Origin: Phoronis australis | Taxonomy: Eukaryota > Animalia > Phoronida | Reading direction: 5' to 3' | Length of the DNA: 64,000 bases | Assembly (NCBI GenBank): GCA_002633005.1 | Contig: NMRA01000603.1 | Span: forward strand, 41,678-105,677 | Shown: piece after piece, positions 12,348 to 25,185 of the stretch | How the letters are laid out: every line of letters begins with the position of its first letter | Position numbering within the stretch: the stretch's first letter is position 1 | Notes under the pieces: model-generated | What the model was told of the DNA's origin: nothing | Database searches by the model: none | The model's input: only the letters and a program-made list of their open reading frames with translations | Position numbers and translations under genes: made by a program

Positions 12348-12476
12348 TCTTGCAAACAGTCCCAAAAAACATGCGCAAATTGTGAAAATGTCCATCTTGT
12401 TGACGCATGTCTTTTCGACTTTGGCAGCGCTGGAGTCGGGGAGCGGCGGCAGACCCTCATCTAACACAGAATACAT
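12348..12476 (-). CDS. First coding exon of a second (paralogous) MFSD4/NaGLT1-like MFS transporter gene; remaining exons not found in window
   Basis: Encodes MYSVLDEGLPPLPDSSAAKVEKTCVNKMDIFTICACFLGLFAR, 33/43 identical to exon 52460-52588. Same length (129 nt), same phase-0 donor |gtgagttgc, same upstream acceptor tgttttacag. Confidence 0.75.
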
Positions 12477-15402
12477 CTTTTACATCTGTAAAACAATAAT
12501 CATAACACAGAGGTAGGAAAGTTATTGCATGAACATTGGGTAAAATTGCTACCCTCGAAGTTATCATAAGTAAATTTATGAAAATCAGGAAAACAGTAAC
12601 CAGAATTACGAATTGTCTTACCCAGGGCCATGGTCATCTATTGTTACAATTGAAGAGAGTAGATTCGGCAAGTTGTATGCCGAAGTAGAAAAAACTGCAA
12701 TACGCCCCTACCTTACAAGTTGTCCCGTTGCACTGAACCAACCAGTCTGCTCCCATCGTGAATGGCGAATTCAAACTATTTTGGGGAAGCGCGAGAACAC
12801 CACGGATATTTACTTTTTAAGTGTGCAGTTTTTAATGACCGTTGTCAAAAATGCATCATAAAAAAATTACATACAGTTTGTTGTAAATAAGTAAACCACA
12901 GAAAGCAAACAATAAAAATGCGAATTTTTACAGTTGTATGTACATGAATACCCGTTTAACGTCATGTTCCGTACTCTCTCCCTAAGTTAAAGTAGAACAG
13001 GGTCATCTTCGTTCCAGGCCGTTAGGAGTAGACGAATCTGACGTTTTCTGGCACAGGTCAGATTCGAGTCAGATTTGAACTGTTTAAAGTGACATTATTT
13101 GTGGCAAAGGAGCTCGAATTAAATGTTCCAAATGTGTGTCAAAAATAAATGTATTATGTATTATTTATACGCACCTATGATATAATGGTTGAAAATCGGA
13201 GGAAAATCTATCATTTACAAGATCTGGTATGAAAAGGGTGTCCATCGTGTGTGTGATTTCCTCGGTTTTTAAACTATTTATTCAGTCATACTGACAGACA
13301 ATAAATCAAGCCTTGTTTAATGTTATGGTTCTTTGATTTCCTACGAAGATTTATGTTATAATTTTTCTCCTCCAGTATTAGACTTTTATGGAACAGCACA
13401 AAATTTGCAGCATATAGAAAATTATCAATTTCTTGCCTAATTTCCTAAGTTTCCTTCATGAAAAGTTTTCACAACTAATCGTCAGCGGTAAATATTTTGT
13501 CACCTTACTACAGGTACATCAGACAGCAAGTAAATGTACATGTACATGTATATATAAAATTATTCATTTGATATGCATTTATTATGTAAAACCTTACTGA
13601 GGAGTGGTAAATCAACTACAAGAAAAACAAGACCGTGTCAACCAGTAAAGTATGTATTTTCTGAAAGAATCAAGAACAGGCGACTCTTTAAAAGACAAAT
13701 TTTCATTTTAACAAACGTACATTCATAGCACAAGTACCTTTTAGTCTATATTAATAGAACCTTCTTTGAATGAAAAATTGCCGTTATCTGTCAAAAAGAT
13801 ATTAAGAGTTTTCGATTATTCATGTAGTTTGGTTTCTACTCCAAATTAAAACTCAAAGAGGTGATACAATTTTGTTGTGATGTACCTGAATCATTGGCTG
13901 TAAGTAAAAGACGGTTAATGTACAGGTAGAAAGATTTTCGGATTCCGACCTTATCAATTGCATGCCAATTTACGTACCCCTTATACATTTTTAAAATTGG
14001 CTATTATTTTCAGGTTCTGTGTAAACCGGTAAATCTGTCCTTCCTTCGAACCTGAAGTACTAACTGTTGAAAGAGGGCAACTTGGTGGTATTGACCTCAT
14101 CCGTTAGCGTGAACGTGTCGTGGAACGCGGACAGTTTCTTGAAAGTGTACATGTATGCTCGGTCTTCTTTAAAACACAGGTGAGTTAGAAAGTATTTAGA
14201 AAATGCAAAGACACAGGTATAACGATGGAAATCTTCGCCGTGTGAAATGGTCGGGTACAGTGAACGATCAAGATGCACATCAGGAAGTTTCGTCATTCGC
14301 TGCTCACTATTATTTCAGAAAAATATCTGCAAAAAACATATCCCTCGCAACATGCTAAAAAGGTTGTAAGTTGTGGCTAAACTATGGTGGGCGAAGAAGA
14401 ACATTGTAAAATATGTGTTCAGTAACTGAAAACTAGGAGCCGAAGATAAAGTTTCAGACGTAATGCGTAAGTCATTTTTGAAACGTTTTCAGCAAGTTTT
14501 CTATGGAAATAAGTGTTCACGAAAGTTATACGCAAGCAATGTCGTCTTGAATGAGACAGGGAGTCACCAAGTTTCCGTTCACATATGTTTATATCATTTT
14601 TTAGACTTTGTGAAATGTCCGACATTTACAACGGCGTCAACGGAGTCGATTTCACGGATAAAGCTGGAATACTGCAACCTAAATCTTGAATCGTGGAGAC
14701 ACGGTGGAAAGAAGTCGTGCAGAGCAAATAAACCAGCCAAGGGGTCTAGACAGTCATCTTGTAAGACGAGATTCTCCACGTGGCGGCGCACCTATAACAT
14801 CATTGTACTTTGTTACTCGAAGTAGGCCTACACTGTAGCGTATTTTCAAAATGCAGCAAGCAAGTCGACTTCCATCTAGTGATTAAGTTTATAATGAGGA
14901 GAAAACAATTACCGTCCTTTAAACTCCATTTGAGAAGCTTGTGAGACATGGCAATTTTATGGTTTTACTTTGTTGAGTGTCAACGTTTTAGAATCCAATA
15001 CAAGGCACTAACTGAACATAGAGGGATTGTTCTATAACCCCATCTAACCATTCGACACCCAATTAGCTCTCGACCTACGACCCCCTTGACCCACGACCCT
15101 CTTGATTTACGGCAAACGATCAGTGAGTGTAGTACAATGGGACTGTTCACTTGTGAGTTCGTTGTTACCGCTACTACTAGCGCCGCCAAGCAACATTCGA
15201 GCAAGTACGAGAACATTGGCGAAAGGCGCCTTTTTCAGCGGAATAAATTGCACAAATTCATCCACATAAAACCGGAACTGTCATTTTCGCGTTTCCTAAG
15301 GATGCAGCAAGGTAATGATTATTTGTTATTCAATAATATGATACATTGTCTTTCCTTTGTGTGTTCTGTTCACTGCTGAAAGACAAGTCGATCGCAATCC
15401 TG

Positions 15403-15544
15403 CCTTCCGTTCAGTAGCGCTAGGACCTCGCTAAAAACTTCACGAGATAACGTGAGACATTGCCGTGTATTTTGCAATGGAACACGTGACTTTGATTAGA
15501 TTTTAGCTAGGTCCTAGCGTAGGTCCTAGCATACTGAACGCACT
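15403..15544. mobile_element. MITE family C, copy 2
   Basis: Homologous to 1250-1399; flanked by CCTG on both sides. Confidence 0.75.
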
Positions 15545-15575
15545 CCTGGTGCCACTGTCGTCTGCGGTGTAGGCT

Positions 15576-15870
15576 ACTGCACTGCTGGTCTGCCGGCGGA
15601 AAGACTATGATTAACGACGTGATAGTCAGCTTTTTGGATATTTTCCGTCCATGTATTCAGGACCAAAATGTCAACTTGTATGTCACCCGGATAATTGCAT
15701 GGATAAAATTAGAAACTATACCCATGGCTTCTTAATTCTATGCGCGAATGATGCGGGGCGCGGCCCTAAAAATATTCCTGGATCGACATTTGAGTCCTAG
15801 TTTTTTAAAGTGACAGCTAGCCGGATTTGTCTCTGTTACAGGCACAGAACGGCAGAACTAGTACTGCAGT
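15576..15870. mobile_element. MITE with ~20-bp imperfect TIRs
   Basis: actgcactgctggtctgccg ... cggcagaactagtactgcagt. Confidence 0.45.
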
Positions 15871-16229
15871 GGGGTGTAGTGTAGGCTACCAGTCTAACAA
15901 GCTTGTATGGAATGCAGTGCCAATAATGTTTGATATCCCGAATCCACCAAAAATGAAGATCCCAAAAAGTTCTCTGGAAATCTTGTATTACCTTTCTCTA
16001 ATAGTCTTCTGTGCATGTCTGATTACCGTCTCATAAAGCAAGTATTTTACTGGTACATCACCTGTAGAAAGGACAATTTGTTAAAATCTGTTTTTCAAAT
16101 TTTCACTAAGGTTGGTCAGATTGAAACATTTTATGAAAGGTTAGCCTGTGATTTGGAGAGATCCAAAGTCAAAGGATCTTTTGGAGTCTGAATGAAAGGA
16201 TAAAATTTTGATCAAACCCAAGTAAAATT

Positions 16230-16500
16230 ATTCGAAACAAACTATGAAACAGAATTGTATTTAAAAATTAACATTTTTAGAGAAAATGTCCCTATTTTCT
16301 TAATTTAGATGTAGAGTCTTGACGCGGAATGTGTAAACTGAACATTTTGGTATTTTTACTCGTATTGGGGAGCGTTTGTGTGATTCTTGTATTGTCCGAT
16401 GCACAGAGGATGAAGTACATTTTCTGCTCTTGTGTTCTCTACAGTGATCTAAGAACAGAGGTCATGTTGGTTTGTTCCATCTTTGCTAAAGTAAGGATTT
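16230..16500 (+). mobile_element. LINE ORF2 3' end relic (C-terminal CCHC zinc knuckle)
   Basis: GERLCDSCIVRCTEDEVHFLLLCSL/YSDLR matches the R.C..C...EDE.HFLL.C..Y..LR motif of non-LTR ORF2 C-termini. Confidence 0.6.
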
Positions 16501-16599
16501 AAATTCAGTTTGCTTCATGACGACACACGTCTCTGTAATTAAATTAGTTTTCAGCTTTATAACACATTTTTGGTGAAAATAGCTTTTGTTTACTAGTGC

Positions 16600-17369
16600 A
16601 TTAATACAGAGTGTGAAGGTTGGTCAGATTTTCATATTGTGTTGGTGTGTGTCTTGCCTATTGTGTACATGTACGTTTTTGGAGCGGATTGATTAATACA
16701 AGCTCCAATTGTGACTGAGTAACAAATGTGATTTCGTGGTCGGGCAATAACTTACCTGAAATGTTTAGTTTTATAAAAATAGGAGCAGTGAGTAATGAAA
16801 TTAAGCTTAGATCTTATCATCCAAGTCTTTTTAGTTCAGTTTTGTACGAAGTTGTGGGTAGTGAATGTTTTGATTGCTGTTCAGTACCTCTTAAAATACT
16901 TTGTCATGACATTTTGCAAGTTTGACTAGTTATGAGTGATGATACACTTGATGTTAATACATTTTGTAAGTTGTAAGGTATTCTATAGATTAGCAACTGA
17001 CTTGTATCTATTGGTGATTATAGTGGGAGAGTCGGGAGTTTACCGTGCACTTGAATGTCACTAAGAAGTAATGGAGTGCTCTAAAATTATATGTTAGAGT
17101 GCATCAGAATGGGTTACAATATTGTGACAGTGATGAATTGCCATGCTTTGTTGTTCTTGTTGGGTAACACCCACTGCACATTGCTAGTAGCCTGGTGCAT
17201 TGAATAGGGAACACATGGGGAATTGATGGGTGTAGACTGTCAGACGATTGACTGTGGGTTTGTTTATAAGGTAGCTATATGCTTTGAGACTGTGCGTAGA
17301 TGGAGAGTGAATATTTAAATCCAGTAATTGATTTATTATATGATAACCCCTAATTAGACAAGTGAAACG
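16600..17369 (-). mobile_element. Highly decayed LINE (CR1/L2-like) reverse-transcriptase 3' fragment
   Basis: LGVII motif (YLGV-like) at ~17340-17355 on the minus strand, followed by a stop-riddled downstream ORF2-like sequence. Confidence 0.35.
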
Positions 17370-18137
17370 TGTTATTAATTAAGTAATCAACTACAAAGAA
17401 GAGTAACTACGCTAGCGCCCTCTTTAAAGATTACTTTATCAAATAACCAAAATAATCAAATGTCTTATTTGCTATCCAAGCTAGAACACTCCACTTCTTG
17501 GATGACAGTCCTGTTGGTGAATCTTCGAACTACACACATTGTATAGCGACAGTGTACTTGCTAGTCACCGTCTCTGGTGATGCAACACTTGGAGGCAATT
17601 TTTTCTACCCGCGATTCTTCTTGCTGGTCTCAGTCTCTGGCTGGTGACGCAACACTTCAGGTGGTATCTTACTTCCCACGATGCAACAGACAAGCTCTTA
17701 GTTAACTTCCTGTTCGTTAAACCTTGCCCTTGCCAAGATCCTTCTAGAATCTTCCACGAGATGGCTCTGTCGCACAATTTCCTCTGTACACTGTAGCAAG
17801 TCTTTATGCTTCAACTACTATAGCGCATCTGAATATCTTGTTGACTTTAAGCCCATATTATAATAATCTACTTATTTACTGATTGGTTAACAAGAGCCAC
17901 ATAATCATATCCAATCATATCATTGGCTGTTACAGTTTGTTCTCAGAATTTTCTAGAATCTCTAGAGTACTTTGACCCAGAACCCAAAGTTGTAAACACC
18001 GTTTAAAAATAGATTTTGACGTTAAAGTACATGTTAACAAGTCTGACCCCATGATTTAAAAGTACATATGCACAAATTTTGGGCTACTTAAAATGGATCT
18101 ATTCTTACTAATTACTTAGTCAATATTTATTCTGACA
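17370..18137 (-). mobile_element. Solo LTR, reverse orientation
   Basis: Minus strand begins tgtcagaata, identical to the start of the LTR at 2788, and ends ...aataaca; same ctagaa/ttctag-rich composition. No clean TSD seen. Confidence 0.5.
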
Positions 18138-20559
18138 CAGACGAAACCAGCGGTGAGATGGGAGCACAATGTATAGCTGGAAAACACCCGGGGTGGTACT
18201 GCCTTAATCGGAGGGGCATGGCCACCGGTACTTATAAAATGTTTTTGGGGACATGCACAAAAGGAGGCCCAAATCTTATCACCACCTCAGCACGCGTTGC
18301 CAATAGTCGGGGAAGCAAGCACAACCTGTGACAATGGAAACATAACGTTGAGTTGTCGTGAGAACTGGGACACTATCCGATCGTCAACTTATTTCGGGAG
18401 AATTAAATCTCATTGTAGTTTGCGCAACGACGATGCGCGATTTTTAGAGCTGTCTACACGATGATCAACAAAGCAAATGTGTGTGTAGTTGACCATCCAT
18501 TCGGTAGCTTTGCGAGAAAACGACGACTTTGCCCACACTGAATAACGGAAACCCTTGAAAATCATTATGTGCGGGAAAGAGAAAACAAATATTTTCTGAC
18601 GTGTAGGCTCAATAACTTTCAATAAACGAAACTTCGCAACGTTTTCTTTTGCGCGCTCATAATCAGATTCCTATAACTGTTATGGACAAAAACCCAGATT
18701 GGAAACATCTAGACTAAAATCTTGATGGTATCTTATTTTGCCAGCGACCATACACTTAATAAAGAACACGGTATGAAAATGAATCAAAATCTGATTTAGG
18801 CAAAACTTGAATTGATGGGATTGTCGTCATGGAACGCATAAATATCATAATCATCTTCGTGGCAAAATTGCTTACTACAACTCGATGGGGAGGGCACGAA
18901 CCTTAAAATCCTAGTACGCGTTTTCGTTAACGAGCTTTAAAAATCGACCATGGAGGAGTGTTTGAAGGAGCCAAAATCCATCCAAGTTGAAGTGGCCATA
19001 ACGGAGCGATATGGAGATTTAAATTGACGTGATTTGTGCATTTGTTTGAGTTGCTGTGTATCTAAATTAACAGGCACAGAAAAAATGACCTACATGAAAC
19101 AGACCTCAGCGAACTTGTCATAGAAAAAACGTGCCACTCGTCAACTAAAACGGACAAAAAACAACCAAAGCGCGTAACACGTCGCTTGCCTTCAGGAAAA
19201 GTAAGTCTTTCAATTGCTTTTTGTGTTTAGACATGTGTACCCATATTTTGGTCGGGCTAGTACTTCAAATGTCACGCATATATAGTCGATGTCCAAATTT
19301 AACTGCCCCACCGGTTCCCTGGGTATCATGTTTTGTAATTTAAAACGATTGCACACGAAATTAACTTACATGTAGGAATAATCACAAGTTACGAGCACTG
19401 CTTCCATAAAGAGCCATAAGAAGACAAAAACTCAGCGGCATACAATCACTGGCTTTCACAATGCATTGTTTGCATTCGACATAACAAGTAGGCGACTCTT
19501 CAGATTAACTGCTTTTGCAATGAAAATAACAGAAAGACTTCCGAATAACGCAACATAAATTGTACATGAGAATTTCAAATACTAAAATGACTAGTTGCTC
19601 ACACTATGAGAATGTAATAACGGACAAAGGCACTAGCAATGAATAAACTCTTCAGTATAAATATTACAGTTCTTAGGATGAGCAAAACATGCACAAAATA
19701 CTGTTGAGGTAATTTACTGAGATCTTTGAAACTAACAATTATAAACTCTTTAATATAAAAAATACACTTCATACAATGAACATGTAACAGATCTATACAC
19801 CCAAATAGTGTTACATGTAATCCCTGATGAGATCACCCATGAAATATAATGAATCCTTCAGAGTAAATAAAAACTCACAGTGTGACCAAAATATTTAAAG
19901 TTGGACTTAACTGCAACATATATCTATGATCCTTCAAAACTTGTGTCATACCAGTACAAGGTTCTATTACATAATAACAAAACACCAAAAGTGTCATAAC
20001 TGTTGAGATCACTGCTTGCACAAGAAAAAGTAATCAATATAAAAACATATGTAACATGAGCTTGAGCAAACTACCCTATGTGCACAATACTGGTATCCCT
20101 GCTAGAACCAGTCACTTAAAACCGCAATAAATTGCACACCTCACAAGAAGAAACTAATATTTACACAAGAGTTTGCTTTTCAAGGTCAACCATGTGGAAA
20201 TGACTGGGACATTGAAGAAACTAATAAAAAATCTGCAATTAAGTATCAAAAACACAATCATTTTCCAAACCAATACACTTCACGGGATGAAAACAATAAG
20301 TACCCAACACTGAAAAGATCAGTCATCCAAGGCTTAAAGAATATTTGAAATAAATACACTGGTTAAGCAATAAACTAGTAACAACAATAACTGACACATG
20401 TCGCAATACTAGTAAATACACCCTATTTTTTATGAGCAAAACTAGCATTTCAAGCGGAAACAACACAAGCAGCTTATTAGTATTCTAAAACCACACAGGC
20501 AATACTGGTGTGGCACATGTACATGAATGAGGTGCACATCTGGAGAAAAAGTAAAATTG

Positions 20560-21060
20560 TCTCCCTCGTTGTGAGTGTCCTAAGTGCATGAAGCATCCAG
20601 GTCATTCACTGAACACCAGGCACATCTCATACTATGCATTCAAATACATGGGAGTAGGACATTCTCACCTACCACGATGGTCAACAAAGCTGCATGCAGA
20701 ATACTGCCCTGGCATATCAGAGCATTTGATATACACAGAGCATTCGAAATGATGAGTGGAGGCACACTGATACATGCCCTGGTGGGGTCCTTAAATCCAG
20801 TAAGGTGATAAGATGTTGAGTAGAAAAAAACAGCTTTTCAAACAAATTTCCAAACACAGTGCAAGATTTTCGAATATGATTAAGCGCCAAAAATATTGGA
20901 ATTGATACCTGGGCCCTGCCTCTAATCTTTTGACAAGAAATGGAACTCGAAATTACGTTTGAAATTTTGTACTCTACTTTTGCACGAGCAGAAATCAATG
21001 ATGAAAATATTCATGAAAAGAAACGGAACCCCATAATACGCTTGAGTGGTTGGGAAAAGA
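20560..21060 (-). mobile_element. Possible DIRS/Ngaro tyrosine-recombinase retrotransposon relic (RNase H end to YR start)
   Basis: KRIMG..., ISARAKVEYKISNVISSSISCQKIRGRAQ (RNase H C-terminal 'RAKH..G..N..AD..SR'-like), then GFKDPT and YARAVFCM...VGE (YR 'LRVGE'-like). Heavily decayed. Confidence 0.4.
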
Positions 21061-24000
21061 GGAGATAAAAGTACATGTGCTGAGTCAATTAAGAGCTGCG
21101 TTCAATATAACAAAAAGGTGAAATACAATTTACTTATTGGAATCTGTGCTACGTATTAAACTAAGCAATCAGGGTGTAGACAGGACTGGCTTATTTGTAA
21201 ACAATAGGGCCAGGTGTGTAGGACCGAGTGTTAGGCTAGTACTGGTATGCAGATTACAATGGCTAATAAGAGAGTGCACTATAGCAACTGGAATCTATAG
21301 AAAAAATAACATAAACAAATGTAAAGAAATGAGAACAAGGTAACGAAGACATGGCTGCAGAATGCAGTCTCCACCTCTTAATACGTGTATATAACTTAAA
21401 TGGTAATTTAAAACAATGGCTTGACATTATTTCATTTGCATACACCATTCGAAAAATTCTGGATCAGCCACAGACATTGAAAATCCCAGAATACCAATTC
21501 AATCCGACAGCCTTTGGCTTCTTACAGTAAATCTACCTTAAAAAGAACAAAAACAACATTGAAGACACCATGGTAAATTCGTTTATTTTTTCACAGTGAA
21601 ACAATGTTTGTGTGACTTTCGACGTGGTACAAGTACCGATAACGTAAACACGGTATACTTTATTTACACAGCCAACAGTATCATGCGAGCGTAAGTGATG
21701 ATAAAAAATATTTACGTTTTTCTTCACCAGGTCCAGAGCCCGACACGAATGTCGCACGGCTCAACGAGCTGGTCAAACTCAGACGACCATCCAGGAAAAC
21801 CGACGTGAATTCCTCCGTCATTTACTCCCCGCAAAGTTGCCTCCGCCCTATGGCGGTTCTCGTCAACTGCCGGCATTTTCTGTCCATCTTTCATTTTGAA
21901 ACGGCTATGCTTAAGTTGAGAGCAAAAACAACTACAAAGACATCTTCACGTGTTGTACCGGACTTACTACACACTACATTGCGCGAGTTAGGTCCTTGTA
22001 GATTTTACAAGGCATGCGTGCAACTAGGGGCTCGAAGTGAGCAAAAAGGTTCGCCTTTGAGACAAAAAGTCCGAGAAAGAGGGACAAAAATCCACTAAAC
22101 AAACACAAACGCAAAATTTACAGCGGTCCTCTTGTTTTTTTTTCCAGCGCTCTTTTGTTATCAGGCGGTCCACAACGTCGGGAATTCGCCACAAGTTTAT
22201 AAACTATTCCTTTGTCATGGTAGAGTGCAACCTTTAAGTCCATTTGACAATTTAGGGCGTTTTCTTGAAACCATCATCATTGTGTTCGATCCTAGACTAT
22301 GTTTCATCTATATATATGTTCAGTCAATCGTTCCACATACAGTGTATGCTTCGTTAACAACATTGAAGTGAACAGGTCAAATACACAGTTGAGTCACCTT
22401 TATGGCAGTATTGCTTCAGTTCCTAGAGTCCCATGTACAGTAGTCCGTACCCTACATGTCTCTTTTTAGTCTATTTGTTGTGATAACCTGGGTTGTGACC
22501 TACAACCTCTTAAGCTAGGTACTCTGACAGTGGAGATAAAACCAGGAGAAATAGATAGGGAACTTCAGTCCAAAGACAACATCAAAATACCCCCCAACAC
22601 ATTAAATCTCCGTCATTAAGAGAAGAGAAAATAGCTATGCATGTACTCAGGGTACCTATAAATAAATGCTCTTCAATTAAGTTTACTTAATACTAACTGA
22701 GTGCGCAATCGTGTTTTGTTAGTGCCTGTTCTAAGTCACCCAGTGTGTTTGATTAATTTTCTGTAGTTAATGGATTGAAGACAACAAAAAGTAAACATAG
22801 CTGTAAACAACAGTTTTCCTACCAGTACGTGAAACTCAATACTTTCTCAAGGAGATCTTATTACACACAATGAAGAGGATCAGTGATGACAAAAAGTAAT
22901 GCAAAATGAGGTCCACGCTATGATGACTAGAAATGGTGGCAAACCCCCAAAAATTATATCCTCTCTAACTAAGTCTCGATTAACTATAAAATCGTACTTT
23001 TGTTTGATTCTTATAACAACAAATCAAAGCATCCCCTGGCCTTAACAGTGGCAATCCCAGGTGGTCATCTGATTGTTTACTATTCTTTTATTTTACATGT
23101 GTATCCTGTTTCAGGTAACACGCTTAAAATCTGAAAAGCAACATTTCTCTGAAAAAAGCTGAATTCTGAAGTTTCTAAAGAGCTCTCTATAAATAAAAAC
23201 AATTTGGCAATGGGAAAATGTTCATTTCACTAATAACATTATCTGAACAGACTAAACAGAAAGGAAAAGTCAAAATTCCAACAACTAAACACTTTATCAA
23301 CTTATGAATAATGAGAAAAAAATTAATAATTTACAGGCGACATTGAAAAATCTTGCTGTCATAATTGTCTATTTGTTTGGGTTTGCTTTTGGTCTATTGG
23401 TCTGCCTGTCATCGCTCAAAAATCACTCGGACCCTGTGTTGGTGCCAGCCAGGAATGACATGGTTTTCAAATTGGTCTTGTTATCTCTTAGTTTATTAAG
23501 TTGTCTCTTTATTGAATAACTGTTCAATTTGGATTTACTTTTACGTTAGTCCAACAAAAGATTTCAGATGTGTTTCTGTCAGCTTGATTTTTTTCTGTCG
23601 AGTAACTTCTATAGCCCTTCCACCCTGAGTATCCATGTGAGGAACTGCTCATTTCTGTTTGTTGATGACCAAGTAAGTCGCCGAACCAAACTTGGTCGGG
23701 TCACCTACTTGGTCTACGAATTTGACTCATTGCCCATTCGAAGAATCATTGCTTGCAAGCAGCATGATGACCACATGTTGCTTTCTGTGTGTCAGGGCAC
23801 AATTGATTTCAGTTCAACAAAGTGTCGCAGAGCGAAAGCGTGGTCTTAACACATTCTATCTGTTTCAGTTTACATGACGCAAACACTTCAAGTGTACTGC
23901 CGTCTGTGTATGGTGTGTATGTACTCATTCTAGTAACAATATAAGTTACAGTGAACACTCCTGCTGCTCATCACCCTGATCTTTGATTTCGAATTATACA

Positions 24001-24376
24001 TTCTGATTGCAGTCACTGTGTAACTCATTTAGCCATCTGTTGTTTTGTTTAAGTTGTTTTTCTACACAAAACATTAAGGACATATACTCAATTCATCAGT
24101 TTACAGACATTTACTGTATTGTTTTACACGGAGTATGGATAAAAATAATATTGTACTTGCTTTCTAGTCAGACTTTGATCAAATTTGAGCAGAAATTGAT
24201 AGCTTAGTGCATTCACCTCACGAAGGCGAACAGATTTTCGTTGAGCTAGACTATTTGCTGTATAATGTTTAAGCAGTTACACCTTAATAAGAAAAGTTTG
24301 TGTTGTTAACTGTGTTTGATTGGAAATATACTTATAACTGCAGCAACATCCAGTGAATAAATACACTGTATACATG

Positions 24377-25185
24377 TAGATTATTGCATGGCGAAGTCGT
24401 TATCCCCCCTTATCTAGAGCCCGAGTGGATTTTGGAGAATTATCGCCGAGGGTGATAATTCTCCAAAATCCACGAGGGCTCTAGATAAGGGGGATAACGG
24501 CTGAGAACATGTAATAATCTATTTATACCACACACTAAACGAGAAACATTGCAATGAATCGATTTACCTTTTCTGACTCTCCAAGGCTTTGTTACTACTT
24601 TCTATATCAGAGGCTATTTTTGTCAAATAATGCTTTTAGTCAAAACCAATTCAAAACTTAAATATTGTAGAAATAAATTGAATTTATAAATTTAGGTTTA
24701 CCAACTATTATAGCTTAAAACACGTTTTTTTTCACGCTAAGATTCGACCGGGAAATTAACGTCTGCTAAAGTAGGTTACCACTGGTAACAGAATATAATT
24801 CAAAGATACTGACGACACGATACCCGCATTCAAACTAGAGATCTTTGATTTACAAGTAAAAGGACACGAGAGAAAAATTTCACCGAATTAAGATATCATT
24901 TTTAATGACATTATGTGTCTTATTTTTCGTTGCGTATAAGTACAGTGCAATGCGGTTTGTTGAACGTGCGATTATTGCGTCTGCTCATTTAAGTATTCTA
25001 TTTTCACTCTTGATGACGTCAGTCACTGCGTGGTGTAGTGGTAAAGTCGGCGACCAGCAATAATAGGTTCCCGGGTTCGACCCCGTCCTCGGTTTCCCGC
25101 CAAATCGTTATCTCACTAGTGAGATCACTTTATGGGTTATTACACGGTTGTATCTGCCATTTGACGCTAATATTGTGGTATAAAT
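24377..25185. mobile_element. Non-autonomous element with a long terminal hairpin (Crypton-like architecture, tentative)
   Basis: Near-perfect palindrome 24377-24521. The adjacent atttataccaca (24521-24532) is inverted at tgtggtataaat (~25173-25184). Confidence 0.5.
25024..25095 (+). other. tRNA-derived Pol III head (SINE-like or tRNA pseudogene)
   Basis: A box tggtgtagtgg (25031-25041) and B box ggttcgacccc (25074-25084) at tRNA spacing; no clean anticodon arm. Confidence 0.6.

Larger units (their letters stand above)
15225..15965 (+). pseudogene. Degenerate intron-containing THAP gene (transposase N-terminus) interrupted by two MITEs
   Basis: GAFFSGINCTNSS...KPELSF./FPKDAAR|gtaatg (15225-15311), then NKLVWNAVPIMFDIPNPP (AVPTIF-like motif) at ~15897-15950. 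Confidence 0.6.

Noticed and set aside
17238-18137. Alternative LTR boundary with tgtcaga/tctgaca ends and tagac/cagac flanks
   Set aside because: 17238-17369 appears to continue the LINE RT fragment (LGVII motif), so the left boundary at 17370 was preferred; unresolved.
25024-25095. Functional tRNA gene
   Set aside because: A and B boxes are present, but I could not fold convincing acceptor and anticodon stems; treated as a SINE-like head.
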